Assembly (NCBI GenBank): GCA_965218095.1
Contig: OZ244587.1
Coordinates: 5,088,001-5,152,000, forward strand
Direction: 5' to 3'
Source of the DNA: Candidatus Poribacteria bacterium
Lineage (GTDB): Bacteria; Poribacteria; WGA-4E; PCPOR2b
Length of the DNA stretch: 64,000 nt
The notes beneath the pieces are model-generated. The model searched no databases. It had not been told where the DNA came from and saw nothing but the letters and a program-made list of their open reading frames with translations. The translations under genes were made by a program, and so were the position numbers. Below are positions 1 through 10,295 of this stretch, in pieces (the first letter of the stretch is position 1; each line of letters begins with the position of its first letter).

Positions 1-2
1 AT

Positions 3-1331
3 CTCGTCCCACTCTCACAGATCACCGAGTACGCCTGCGAAGATGCGGACATCACGTTGCAACTTAAACGAAAGTTTGAACAAGAGCTAGAAGCAGAGGG
101 GCTAACGGATATTTTCCGCGATATTGAGATTTCGTTGATTTCTGTGCTTGCCGATATGGAACTTACAGGGATTAAGGTTGATGGCGACTATTTGAAAGCA
201 TTGTCCAACGAATTCCAGTTGCGTCTGGATGGGTACATGGATGGAATCTACGAAGCCGCAGGGCGCGAGTTCAACATCAATTCCCCCAAGCAGCTTGGGG
301 GAATTCTGTTTGAGGAGCTGAATCTGCCGAAAAATCTGACGCGCCGGACGAAAACTGGCTACTCAACCAACGTCAGGGTATTAGAAAGGTTAGCGCCTCA
401 CCACCTATTGCCGGGGTTGATTTTGGAGTATCGATCCTTTGCCAAGCTCAAATCCACTTATACCGATGCGCTGTCAGAGCTAATCGATCCTGACACAGGA
501 CGCATCCACACATCGTTTCATCAAGCGGGCGTTCGGACGGGTCGCCTCAGCAGCAGCAATCCGAATCTGCAAAATATCCCCGTGCGAACAGCCGAAGGGC
601 GAGAGATCCGTCGGGCATTCGTCGCCGGCGACGATGAACATCTGCTAATCGTTGCGGATTACTCACAGATCGAGTTACGAATCCTCGCCCATCTGTCTGG
701 CGACGATCGCCTCCGCGAAGCTTTCCAGCAGGATCTCGACATCCACGCGCAAGCTGCCTCTCTCATCTTTGGGACGCCGCCGGACGAGATCGACGCCGAT
801 ATGCGTCGTCAGGCAAAGACGATGAACTACGGCATCGTCTACGGCATCGGCGCGTTTCGCCTGTCTAGCGAACTGGGAATCGAATTTGATGAAGCCCAGC
901 AGTTAATCGACAACTACTTTGAGACCTATGCGGGTGTCAGGGGATATTTTGACCGCATCGTTGCGGAAGCACAGGAGAACGGCTACGTCACGACGCTGCT
1001 CGGACGACGCTGCTATGTGCCGGAGATTCACGCGCGGGATTGGAACACACTGGAATTTGGCAAGCGCGTGGCAATTAATGCGCCCATGCAAGGCGCCGCC
1101 GCGGAGCTCATCAAACTCGCAATGCTTGGGATTCATGACTATCTGACCCAGAGCAGCAAAAAAACGAAGATGCTGCTGCAAGTCCACGACGAGCTGGTGT
1201 TTGAAGCACCGAAATCTGAACAGGAAGAAATTATAGCAGAGGTTAAACGCTTGATGGAAAACGCCTGTCAGATCGATGTGCCGGTGAAGGTTGATATTCA
1301 CGCGGGGCCAAATTGGCTGGAGGCGAAGTGA
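3..1331 (+). CDS. polA: DNA polymerase I, C-terminal polymerase domain (5' end outside window)
   Basis: Family A motifs RTGRLSSSNPNLQNIP, ADYSQIELR (A), RRQAKTMNYGIVYG (B) and QVHDELVFE (C). The frame is open from position 3 (YACEDAD, 3'-5' exo III motif). Confidence 0.97.
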   Translation, partial: LVPLSQITEYACEDADITLQLKRKFEQELEAEGLTDIFRDIEISLISVLADMELTGIKVDGDYLKALSNEFQLRLDGYMDGIYEAAGREFNINSPKQLGGILFEELNLPKNLTRRTKTGYSTNVRVLERLAPHHLLPGLILEYRSFAKLKSTYTDALSELIDPDTGRIHTSFHQAGVRTGRLSSSNPNLQNIPVRTAEGREIRRAFVAGDDEHLLIVADYSQIELRILAHLSGDDRLREAFQQDLDIHAQAASLIFGTPPDEIDADMRRQAKTMNYGIVYGIGAFRLSSELGIEFDEAQQLIDNYFETYAGVRGYFDRIVAEAQENGYVTTLLGRRCYVPEIHARDWNTLEFGKRVAINAPMQGAAAELIKLAMLGIHDYLTQSSKKTKMLLQVHDELVFEAPKSEQEEIIAEVKRLMENACQIDVPVKVDIHAGPNWLEAK

Positions 1332-1487
1332 GGCTACAGGTCGAAGCGAAGCGGAGCCTCCGTGAAACGGAGAGACAAGATGCAGGATACAAAGCAAGCA
1401 AGATAAAAGATAGGACTTTTACCTGTCCGAGAAGTTTCAGACAGTAGCACGAAAGCGTGCAACACCCCAAAAAGAGGCATCCACAAA

Positions 1488-3203
1488 ATGACAAATGACG
1501 AAGTTAGCGACGTGCTTAGAAATATCGGCAATCTGATCCAGATTAAAGACGACGATACCTTCCGCGCAAGGATTTATGATCGAGCGGCGGATGCGATTGA
1601 TGAACTTTCGGTAGACCTCCATCAGTTGGCTGAAGAAGGACGGATACGCTCGATTCCAGGCATCGGCAAAGCCATTGAAGGGAAGATTATCGAAATGCTG
1701 GAAACGGGGAGATGCCGCTTCTGTGATGACTTAATTCAGGAGATGGGAGCGGAGTCCCTGGATCTGCTGGCGATTCGCGGCGTTGGGGCGAAAACGGCGG
1801 GGCGATTTTACCAGGAGTTGGGCGTGAAAAGTCTCAGCGACCTTCGAGGAGCAATTGATACCGGTCGGCTCAAGGAGATGAAGCGGATGGGTGCGAAGAC
1901 CATCGTATCAATTGATAAGAGTTTGCGGTTCCTCGAAACGCAAAGGAAGATGCGTCCACTCCGGCAGATTTTACCGATAGCACAGACTATCTTTGATGCA
2001 CTGAAGAGCTGCCCTGATGTCAAGCAACTGGATTTCACCGGGGATCTCCGAAGGCACGAGGAGGTGTTGCGAAGCCTTGAACTGATCGCTGAATGTGCGC
2101 AGACGGAGGCGATCGTCGAAGGGTTGTCTGAGGTGGCAGGTGTAGCATCCCCAACGATACAGAATGATGTTCATGTTGCTGCTTCTGTCGATTCGGGATT
2201 TCCATTGCATGTCTACTGTGTCAGTGCAGAAGCATACGAGGCGACGTTATTGGCAACGACCGGCGCTGATTCGCACTTGACTCGACTCAACCAAATCGCT
2301 GCTGCACGGGAACTTGGGGCGATTTGCGAATCGCTGCCCGATTGGCCAAAGAATAAGGCGGAATCTGATATTTACAGTCAACTTGGATTGCCGTTCATCG
2401 TTCCTGAATTGCGGGGGGACGCCGATTCGATCGAGGCGGCTTTGGCGGGCAATCTACCGACGCTTATTGAGCTTGGTGCTCTCCGTTCTGATCTCCACAT
2501 GCACACCGATTGGAGCGATGGACGGAGCTCGATTCGTGAGATGGCAGAAGCGGCAAAAGTGATTGGGCATGAATACATCGCTATTACTGACCACTCCCAA
2601 TCCTCGCGGGTTGCCAATGGTTTGACTCCTGAGCGGTTGCTGGCGCAGATTCAACAGGTTCGTGAGATTAACGCGGAGATTGACGGCATCGAAGTGCTTG
2701 CTGGCTCTGAGGTTGATATTCTCAGAGATGGCAGCCTCGACTTTCCCGACGAAATTTTGGCACAACTGGACATTGCTGTGGCGAGTGTTCACGCTGGCTT
2801 TTCGATGAGTGAGGTGGAAATGACTGTCCGCGTCATCCGGGCAATCGAAAACCCGTTTGTCACGATTATCGGACACCCGACAGGGCGCTTGCTGGGTCGG
2901 CGTCCTGGGTATGCGATTAACCTTGATGAGGTCATTGATGCAGCGGCAGCGCACTGTGTCGCGTTAGAGATCAACGCATCTCCAAGCCGATTAGACCTTG
3001 AACCGAATGCCGTGCGAAAAGCGCGTGCGTGCGGCGTCTTGCTGTCGATTAACACCGATGCCCACGCAATCTCCCAACTTAAGCATGGCATATTTGGAGT
3101 CAACGTCGCCCGGCGTGGCTGGTTGGAAAAAAGAGATGTCCTCAATACCCATTCGCTGGGTGCGTTGAAGGATATAGGGATGCCCTTAACGCGGGGCGAA
3201 TGA
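1488..3203 (+). CDS. polX: PolX family protein with C-terminal PHP domain; polymerase active site degenerate
   Basis: HhH motifs (IPGIGKAI, IRGVGAKT), GDLRR, and PHP motifs DLHMHTDWSDG, ITDHS, GSEVDI, IIGHPTGR, NTDAH. Confidence 0.93.
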   Translation: MTNDEVSDVLRNIGNLIQIKDDDTFRARIYDRAADAIDELSVDLHQLAEEGRIRSIPGIGKAIEGKIIEMLETGRCRFCDDLIQEMGAESLDLLAIRGVGAKTAGRFYQELGVKSLSDLRGAIDTGRLKEMKRMGAKTIVSIDKSLRFLETQRKMRPLRQILPIAQTIFDALKSCPDVKQLDFTGDLRRHEEVLRSLELIAECAQTEAIVEGLSEVAGVASPTIQNDVHVAASVDSGFPLHVYCVSAEAYEATLLATTGADSHLTRLNQIAAARELGAICESLPDWPKNKAESDIYSQLGLPFIVPELRGDADSIEAALAGNLPTLIELGALRSDLHMHTDWSDGRSSIREMAEAAKVIGHEYIAITDHSQSSRVANGLTPERLLAQIQQVREINAEIDGIEVLAGSEVDILRDGSLDFPDEILAQLDIAVASVHAGFSMSEVEMTVRVIRAIENPFVTIIGHPTGRLLGRRPGYAINLDEVIDAAAAHCVALEINASPSRLDLEPNAVRKARACGVLLSINTDAHAISQLKHGIFGVNVARRGWLEKRDVLNTHSLGALKDIGMPLTRGE

Positions 3204-3787
3204 TGAAAGTAAAAGGAAAAATTCATCAGGATAATAAATCACATCGTTACTGCCCTGAATGTTGGAGTGAAAGTATCCATCCTTATGAGGCTGAGGGTAG
3301 GGAATACTACAAATGCGAGCGTTGTGGGTATGATGAGAGTCGCCTCATTATGATTTACCCACAAATGCGTTATCGTATTTTACCCGACGATGAATTGCTC
3401 CACTATTCCGTTGGAGCCGTCATCGAATGGGAGGGAAGGGTTCTTTTGTTTCACCGGAAGCTATTTCCATTTCAATACACAATCATTGCCGGGCATTGGG
3501 ACTTGAACGATCTCACACCTGAGTCCGCTATTGTTCGTGAAGTCAGAGAGGAGGCGGGAGTTGAAATCGAGCCTGAAAAGTCTGAAATTGTGGCGATGTT
3601 AAAGGAACCTTGCCGGCGAGGAGCGGACTTCCATGAGTGGCGATTATACCAAGTAAAGGTGGCCCACCATACGGTAACAATGTCCGAAGAAGCTGATATC
3701 ATCGGGTGGTACTCTCCTGCGGAGATACGGGAGCTTGATTTAACGATTCCTACCGAATATTTTCTGAAGAAACTGGAGATTATCTAA
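3200..3787 (+). CDS. NUDIX hydrolase with N-terminal zinc ribbon
   Basis: CPEC...CERC pair and Nudix box AGHWDLNDLTPESAIVREVREEAG; start overlaps the polX stop. Confidence 0.88.
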   Translation: MMKVKGKIHQDNKSHRYCPECWSESIHPYEAEGREYYKCERCGYDESRLIMIYPQMRYRILPDDELLHYSVGAVIEWEGRVLLFHRKLFPFQYTIIAGHWDLNDLTPESAIVREVREEAGVEIEPEKSEIVAMLKEPCRRGADFHEWRLYQVKVAHHTVTMSEEADIIGWYSPAEIRELDLTIPTEYFLKKLEII

Positions 3788-3928
3788 GGGAAAAAATTTG
3801 CAACGGTAACTCAACAAAAACCCTACCTTAAAATGCGACGAGCGCAGCGAAAAATCTCAGCACCAATGTGCTGGCACCCTTTCGCTGCACTCGGGCTGAC
3901 AGGAATGACTTGTACCGAATGGTGCTGT

Positions 3929-4813
3929 TCATACAGGCATGGTTCTGCGGGTGTGGCCCCGTCCGGCAGACGCGACCTCGCCGGATTGACCCGAGCCCAT
4001 GATTCTTACCCCTTCATCGATCTTTTCTCCCACAGTCTCCGGCAGTGAACTTTCCAAAAATGCGACTCCGGCGGCTTTGCACGCTGCAAACACCCGGTTT
4101 CTCGCTTCCACCAATTCGGAAGGCAACGGCGAAGGTCTTCGCTGGTAGCCGAACGACATGCCCATGTCAGAAGGTCCCGATTCAGCGAAGGCAATACCGG
4201 GCACTCTTATCGTCATCTCAACATTGGCTAGTGCTCGCCGGTTCTCGATTTTTAGCCCCAGTAGTAACTCACCGTTCGGATTGAGCGGCCAGGGGTCGGC
4301 TTTTTCCAAGTACTCATCCACAGAAACACCCCAAATCGGTGCTGCGGAACCCTGTCCCGCTGAACCCCGTCGTCCAACGTCCAGTTGCGTACCAACGCCT
4401 ATTGTCTGAAACGGATAACGGCAGGCTTCGACGAATGCCCTCACTGCTTCTGGCGACTCCGCATGGCACAGGAGGAGGCCGTGCACACCTCTCGCCAATA
4501 TCTGCCTGAACTGCCACGCATTCGCTCGGATGACGTCGGCGCTGGAGCCATCTACTGGCAATTCCACGATGACCGCCGGTGTCTGATGACTGCTGTTGGT
4601 CGGGCCTCCGTCAACCAGCCCTCGCATAAAATTATCCAGCCCGGCCATATCAAACGCACCGTGTTCCATGCCGATGTTGATGTAGTCTGCCCATGTTTTC
4701 GCCATCGCCTTCCCCGCCTGATAGGTGAGGTCGGCTCCAGTATGTCCGCCCGTGTAGTAGACGGGTTGGTCTTGCTCAAGTAACTTAATCGCTTTGTTGA
4801 TTCGCTTCGGCAT
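3929..4813 (-). CDS. HpcH/HpaI aldolase/citrate lyase family protein
   Basis: MEHGAFD, LGLKIEN and GPSDMGMS motifs; start taken at MPKRINK after an AGAGAGG RBS. Confidence 0.82.
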   Translation of the reverse strand: MPKRINKAIKLLEQDQPVYYTGGHTGADLTYQAGKAMAKTWADYINIGMEHGAFDMAGLDNFMRGLVDGGPTNSSHQTPAVIVELPVDGSSADVIRANAWQFRQILARGVHGLLLCHAESPEAVRAFVEACRYPFQTIGVGTQLDVGRRGSAGQGSAAPIWGVSVDEYLEKADPWPLNPNGELLLGLKIENRRALANVEMTIRVPGIAFAESGPSDMGMSFGYQRRPSPLPSELVEARNRVFAACKAAGVAFLESSLPETVGEKIDEGVRIMGSGQSGEVASAGRGHTRRTMPV

Positions 4814-5131
4814 AACTTTCCTCTCTTTACTAAAGCATCCTAGGGCGCTTTTCGACGCCCTCCGGAGGCATATGAACAAAAAAATAGATACTTGGTGAGG
4901 AAATTATAGCATGGTCGATGGCTTGAGTCAAATAGTGAAGTCAGAACGCCGTCCGTCTCCTTTCGTACCGACAGCGTTTTTCGTTGTTAAGTATGCGGGC
5001 ACACGCACACTAGACCCCGATCAAAGATCGGGGTCTGCAGCTACAAAAACTTGGCTCATGTCAAAAGAAAGTGCAAAAGTGTTAGAGAAGCCGCGAAATC
5101 ATCGGTGTGAATTTTGCCTTTGCATGAAGTC

Positions 5132-5461
5132 TTAACATGAGCCGACCAATTGATCCGGTATATCAATCGAAACATGGGCGTACTCCCCCAGTAACTCGAA
5201 CCGGTTCCACCAGAACTCTCCATCCAGAGCCAGAATCGTCAGGCTCCGCATCTTATCCACATCGAGCCCCTCGATAGTGTACACATTATAGTAGTCCGAA
5301 TGGGCCGAAACGTCAACTTCCAGGGATGGATGTGGGCTAACAGCAACCCGACCGACAAAGGCGGGACTCTGAGTGAAAATCACCAATTTACACGCTGAAT
5401 CTTGAATCCAGTATCTTGCATCGATATAGGATTCAAGATGCCAGATGCAAAGTAGCAGCAA
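5132..5461 (-). pseudogene. Possible C-terminal gene fragment, unknown function
   Basis: Protein-like C-terminal half, no convincing start or RBS. Confidence 0.25.
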
Positions 5462-5695
5462 TGTAAATTATGACCTGTGGCGGTATACCAGTGGGATGGC
5501 ACTTTTCAAAATCAGGTGCGTAACCCCTGACCAATTCGTCTTTTGTGCTTGACGCAGTTAATCTTTTGTGCTAAACTCGACAATATTAGATTTGCATCCA
5601 CAGTTAACCATCACTTCAATCAAACGAATACTTTTTACGAGTTTTTCAGGTATAGTAGAGCGAGCAGCCCCGCTGTACGGGATCTCGCTACGCTA

Positions 5696-5723
5696 GTTGC
5701 TTTGAATCCCGATGCAATTGGGG
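5696..5723. repeat. Small dispersed repeat GTTGCTTTGAATCCCGAT-loop-ATYGGG (copy 1), within a cluster of REP-like hairpins at 5650-5800
   Basis: Matches the copies at 11603-11633 and 60966-60992. Confidence 0.7.
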
Positions 5724-5869
5724 AGACTTGCTCGTTCCGGGTATGGGTAAATCGTCAAAGCAAGTTGGCAGCCCCGATAGCTCGGGGCTGGCTCTATATC
5801 CTATATCTTGTCTGTATCTTGCCTTCTGCCATTTCTGTTTAAGATGAATGAATGTAAGGAACAAAGATC

Positions 5870-6976
5870 ATGAAAACGAAAGCTGCTGTTGTCTATGAAC
5901 ACGATAAACCCGTTGTTGTTGATGATTTGGAATTGGATGACCCGAAAGCCAACGAGGTTCTCGTCTGCATGGCGGCAAGTGGGGTGTGCCATTCGGATCT
6001 CTCCGTTGTCAATGGGACAATCTACTACGACCCGCCCATTTCGCTTGGGCATGAAGGCGCAGGCGTGATTGAGGATGTGGGTGAGGACGTCAGTTACGCC
6101 CGCCCCGGCGATCACGTTTTGCTCTCATTCGTTAGCTACTGTGGGGCGTGCCGAATGTGCCAAATGGGGCGCGTGACTTTGTGTGAAGGTTTCTCCACCA
6201 GACGTGGCTATCTGCTTGATGACACCTGCCGTCGCCACGATAAAGCGGGCCAATCCATACCCCAGCAGGCACGTATCGGCACGATGTCTGAATATTCCGT
6301 TGTTCCAGAGCGGAGCTTGGTCAAAATCAAGCCGTGCTATCCACTCGAAAAAGCGGTTTTAGTTGGGTGCAGCGTGACAACTGGCGTTGGTGCGGTGTTG
6401 AATACGGCGAAAGTTGAGCCGGGGAGTTGGGTTGCGGTGATCGGAACGGGAGGCGTTGGACTGAACGTCATCCAAGGCGCCGTGATAGCTGGAGCAGAAC
6501 GAATCTTCGCCGTGGATGTTGTCCCGAAGAAACTCGACTTCGCCAGGAGTTTCGGTGCGACAGACCTAGTGAATGCGTCAGATTGCGATCCGGTCGAGGC
6601 GATTCAGGATTTGACAGGCGGCGAGGGCGTCGATTACGCCTTTGAAGTGATCGGTAATCCCAAGACGATCGAGCAGGCTTACGCAATGGTGCGTCGCGCG
6701 GGAACGGCTGTCGCCATTGGGGTTTGCCGTCAAGATGCCCAGGTAAGCCTACCGGCGCAGGAACTGATCATGGCGGAGAAACGGTTAATGGGCTCGTTCT
6801 ACGGTTCTTCTGCACCGCGCGTCGATATGCCCAAGCTGCTCAAATTCTACGACGAAGGGAAACTCAAGCTCGACGAACTGATTACGCGAAACTATCGCCT
6901 TGAGGAGATCAACGAAGCCTTTGCGGACATGGAGGCCGGGAAGAATGCGAGGGGAGTGATCTTGTTCGATCAATAG
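5870..6976 (+). CDS. Zn-dependent alcohol dehydrogenase (MDR family, class III-like)
   Basis: GVCHSD, LGHEGAG, structural Zn CGACRMC...C, GTGGVG. Confidence 0.95.
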   Translation: MKTKAAVVYEHDKPVVVDDLELDDPKANEVLVCMAASGVCHSDLSVVNGTIYYDPPISLGHEGAGVIEDVGEDVSYARPGDHVLLSFVSYCGACRMCQMGRVTLCEGFSTRRGYLLDDTCRRHDKAGQSIPQQARIGTMSEYSVVPERSLVKIKPCYPLEKAVLVGCSVTTGVGAVLNTAKVEPGSWVAVIGTGGVGLNVIQGAVIAGAERIFAVDVVPKKLDFARSFGATDLVNASDCDPVEAIQDLTGGEGVDYAFEVIGNPKTIEQAYAMVRRAGTAVAIGVCRQDAQVSLPAQELIMAEKRLMGSFYGSSAPRVDMPKLLKFYDEGKLKLDELITRNYRLEEINEAFADMEAGKNARGVILFDQ

Positions 6977-6995
6977 TACAATAATGCGCCCTAAT

Positions 6996-7035
6996 AAAAA
7001 AGCCCGTGGCAGATACAGCATCTACCACGGGCCTT
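6996..7035. terminator. Rho-independent terminator between convergent genes
   Basis: A-tract followed by stem GCCCGTGG...CCACGGGC. Confidence 0.7.
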
Positions 7036-7060
7036 CAGTTAGGTTGAGGTGAGGGCGCAC

Positions 7061-7111
7061 TTATTTCAGAGTCAGCATCTTCCGCGTGGCTGAGCAATCT
7101 TCTGCTTTGAT
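7061..7111 (-). pseudogene. Last codons of a FlgD-Ig/T9SS-like tail protein, truncated by an IS remnant
   Basis: Minus strand reads KAEDCSATRKMLTLK*, like the TRKMVIVK* end of the 52415-55291 protein. Confidence 0.65.
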
Positions 7112-7302
7112 AATGGGCGACCTCTTTTCGATTTCTTGGGTCGCCCGCGGGTTTGTTCGATGGCTTGTGTCATTACCAGTTTGATATTTGTGAAGAGTCG
7201 TCGTATTCTATTGATGGCGGGTTGCTTTCTTGAATTTTGCAAGAGATTAGAATACCCGAATCCTTATGGAACCCGCAATCTCTTTTATTTGTTGCCAATA
7301 CT
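7107..7302 (-). mobile_element. IS end / transposase 5' remnant (copy 1)
   Basis: About 195 bp homologous to 21001-21194; both copies end sharply at GTTGCCAATACT. Confidence 0.65.
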
Positions 7303-7684
7303 AACAAATTTTTTGAGCCGCAATGAAAGGGGGTGAAACAGAAAAGTTGGAAGGAGCGCTGGGAAGAAAATAGATCGAAGAAAAAATATGCTTGAACTTT
7401 TCTCTGGCGTGGAATATACTTTGACTTTGTCACATTTGGGTGACTGAATAATACTTCCGAAATGTGGCCGATGACCGAAGTCATCCTAGGCTGTGTTATG
7501 CTTGGAGGTCTCACCTGCCTCTTTGCGAATAAATTAGCACGGAGACGTCGTGTTATAATCAGTAGTTGGGAAAAGTGAGATTCAATCCAATTTGTAAAAC
7601 GCGCCTAATAGATTAAGGCTTGAAAAAACTTTGTAAATCAGGTATAATAATAGCGTCAAACCCTGATGAATAAAGGAGTTAATC

Positions 7685-8567
7685 ATGAATCTGTTCAACA
7701 TAATGGAGCATTTTTCAACCCACGAAAGTTGCATTGAGCATCTCGAAACTATTCGCTGGGGTGAACAACCAGAGTGCCCCCATTGTGAGAGTGAAAAGGT
7801 TGCTCGCAAGCGTGAAGGTGATAAAATTGGACGTTGGAATTGTCATCTTTGCAAGTCTAGTTTCAATGTTTTATCCGGCACCCTGTTTCAAGGGACGAAA
7901 ATCTCCCTAACGAAATGGTTCGTTGGAATCGCTTTAATGGCAAACGCGAAAAAGAGTCTCTCCAGTTGTCAACTTGCTCGACATTTAGGCTTGAATCAAA
8001 TGTCTGCATGGTACATGATGCAGCGGATAAGGCAGGAAATGAATCGAAAAGGGGAAACCTTGCTCAAGGGCATAATTGAGATCGATGAGACCTACGTCGG
8101 CGGCAAGCCGCGCAGACGGAAAGACAAGGACGGAAACCTACCTCCGCCGAGCAAGCGAGGCAGAGGAACGAAGAAAACGCCCGTAATTGGTGCTGTTGAA
8201 CGGGCTGGGAATGTTGTAGCGCGTGTAGCTACGAGCCTAACTCGTAAGGGCGTTTTGGGGTTCATCAAAGGCATTATCGAGAAGCCCAAAGATTCAGTGC
8301 TGATGACAGAATGAGTTCTCGTCATACGAAGCCGTTGATGGTATGATGCCCCACCATGTCATCAAACACAAGAAATGGCAGTATGTGGACGGTGAGACAC
8401 ACACAAACACGATTGAAGGGTTCTGGTTACTGGTGAAACGTGCTTTTCATGGGACACATCACCACTACAAGCATGTCTCGCTCTACATCGCTGAGGCGTG
8501 TTATAAGTACAACAATCGGAAGAACCGAAACATCTTCAAGAAGTTTATCAGGGAGTGTTTTGTATAA
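7685..8567 (+). pseudogene. IS1595-family transposase with a +1 frameshift near 8310
   Basis: Zn ribbon CPHC/CHLC, EIDETYVGG, GRGTKK, HTNTIEGFW. Removing one A restores LMTDEFSSY and joins 7685-8314 to 8343-8567. Confidence 0.9.
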
Positions 8568-8779
8568 TGGACTGGACACAAACTATCACTATTGTTGCTT
8601 CCATCTTAGCTGCTAGCGGATTAGTTGTCACGGTCGTATTATCAATGGGCAAGCGAATTGATGATATGGGTAAGCGAATTGATGATGTCATGTTGCAACT
8701 TTCTGAACTACGACAAGCAATCCTGAATCTCCTTCCGCCTTACCCATCAGGGGCTGATGACGATGATGATGATGAGTAA
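8567..8779 (+). CDS. Small membrane-anchored coiled-coil protein (IS passenger)
   Basis: TAATG overlap with the transposase stop; one TM helix, tandem MGKRIDD heptads, acidic tail. Confidence 0.7.
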   Translation: MDWTQTITIVASILAASGLVVTVVLSMGKRIDDMGKRIDDVMLQLSELRQAILNLLPPYPSGADDDDDDE

Positions 8780-8792
8780 GGAGGTATAAGGT

Positions 8793-9044
8793 TTGTTTAT
8801 CAGCAATGTTGACTGTGATGATTTTTGTGATGTTGACATCATTGTCCGTCTACAGAAAAAGCGGGATAGAGATGGAACATTTTCTGTTCATGCTTATTTA
8901 AAGGATAACTCTTGGGAGTCCATTATCCTTTTGTCTGGCGCCTCTGAGGACAAAGCAAAGGATTTAATTCATCGTGTCGGGGAATTAAAAGACAGAAAAG
9001 GCGCTGGCTCTGACCGGGTTATCTACTATCCTGCCAAATCCTGA
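8793..9044 (+). CDS. Hypothetical 83-aa protein, copy 1 (IS passenger)
   Basis: AGGAGGT RBS and TTG start; intact near-identical copy at 10044. Confidence 0.72.
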   Translation: MFISNVDCDDFCDVDIIVRLQKKRDRDGTFSVHAYLKDNSWESIILLSGASEDKAKDLIHRVGELKDRKGAGSDRVIYYPAKS

Positions 9045-9148
9045 CAGAAAACATTTTGACTATATTGGCATGGCATGACATAATAGATAGGCGATAGCGA
9101 TTTTTACTCAAACACGGTTCATACGAATCGTCTAAAGGAGGAATCACA

Positions 9149-10030
9149 ATGAAACGCCTATTTGTTGTTGCTATACTGCTTGTATCGCTGGGATTACCAT
9201 GTTCCGCGTTCTCGGAATTAACACACTCGGATATTGAGAAGGTTCGAGAAGTGATCAAGTCTGAAAACGCGATAATCCAGTCGGAAATGACGGCACTTAA
9301 ACTTCGGCTTGTCCAAAAGATTCAGGAGTCCGAAAACCGGCTACAGTCTGAGTTGAATACTCAATTAAGTGCTCGAATGAATGATTTCACGCTTATTTTC
9401 GGCATCACTGCTGGGGGCTTTTTCTTGCTATTTGCAACGCTTATAGTAGCCAATGCTTTGAAGGGGCGCGTAAATAAGAGGTTGACAGTATTTCTGATCG
9501 CAGCCTTATGTTGCACTTTGTTCAGCCATTCTCAACTCATAGCCGTTGATAAGACTACAGTTTTTGATGAGATTGAGTGTACAAAGCTAACAGTTTTTGA
9601 TAAGACAGGGAAAACAGCAATTCGCTTATACGCTACTGAATCAGAGAATCATGTTCTTATCCATGGCAAAGCGAAAGAATCGGGAATCCAATTATCCGCT
9701 TCTCAATCGAGGAATGATATAATTGTCCACGGCAAAGAAAAATCAGGGGTAAGTTTATCTGCCACTGAATTAGGGAGTGGTTTGGCTGTCTTTGATGAAG
9801 TGAGGAAAAGGGCAATTCAAATACTCGGCACTGAATCAGAGAATTTTGTGGCTGTTTACGATAAAATGGGGAAAGTGGCATCTCAATTAACTGCCGATGA
9901 ATCAGGGAATGGTGTAATTGTCCATGATAAGACAGAGGGCACGGCAGCGGTTTTCTTATCTTCCCTTGAATCGAATAATGGTATAGTTGTCATGGATAAG
10001 ACAGGAAACGTAACGTGGCGGGCACCTTAG
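9149..10030 (+). CDS. Exported/membrane protein with coiled coil and about 22-aa beta repeats (IS passenger)
   Basis: AGGAGG RBS, signal peptide, two hydrophobic segments, repeats of the type DKxGKxAIxLxAxESxNxVxV. Confidence 0.8.
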   Translation: MKRLFVVAILLVSLGLPCSAFSELTHSDIEKVREVIKSENAIIQSEMTALKLRLVQKIQESENRLQSELNTQLSARMNDFTLIFGITAGGFFLLFATLIVANALKGRVNKRLTVFLIAALCCTLFSHSQLIAVDKTTVFDEIECTKLTVFDKTGKTAIRLYATESENHVLIHGKAKESGIQLSASQSRNDIIVHGKEKSGVSLSATELGSGLAVFDEVRKRAIQILGTESENFVAVYDKMGKVASQLTADESGNGVIVHDKTEGTAAVFLSSLESNNGIVVMDKTGNVTWRAP

Positions 10031-10043
10031 GGAGGTATAAGGT

Positions 10044-10295
10044 TTGTTTATCAGCAATGTTGATGATGATGATTTTTGTGATGTTGACATCATTGTCCGT
10101 CTACAGAAAAAGCGGGATAGAGATGGAACATTTTCTGTTCATGCTTACTTAAAGGATAACTCTTGGGAGTCCATTATCCTTTTGTCTGATGCCTCTGAGG
10201 ATGAAGCAAGGGATTTAATTCATCGTGTTGGGGAATTAAAAGACAGAAAAGGTGCTGGCTCTGACCGGGTTATCTACTATCCTGCCAAGTCTTGA
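10044..10295 (+). CDS. Hypothetical 83-aa protein, copy 2 (IS passenger)
   Basis: Direct repeat of 8793-9044 at 1251-bp offset, 4 aa differences. Confidence 0.72.
   Translation: MFISNVDDDDFCDVDIIVRLQKKRDRDGTFSVHAYLKDNSWESIILLSDASEDEARDLIHRVGELKDRKGAGSDRVIYYPAKS

Noticed and set aside
7462-7578. 35-38 aa hydrophobic/basic peptide resembling a type I toxin
   Set aside because: No RBS and no antisense partner seen.
8300-8320. Programmed frameshift in the IS1595 transposase
   Set aside because: No slippery heptamer. A single extra A breaks the TD catalytic motif, so this is a mutation or sequencing indel. The similar +1 events at 16890 and 37408 lie in short homopolymers and may be errors.
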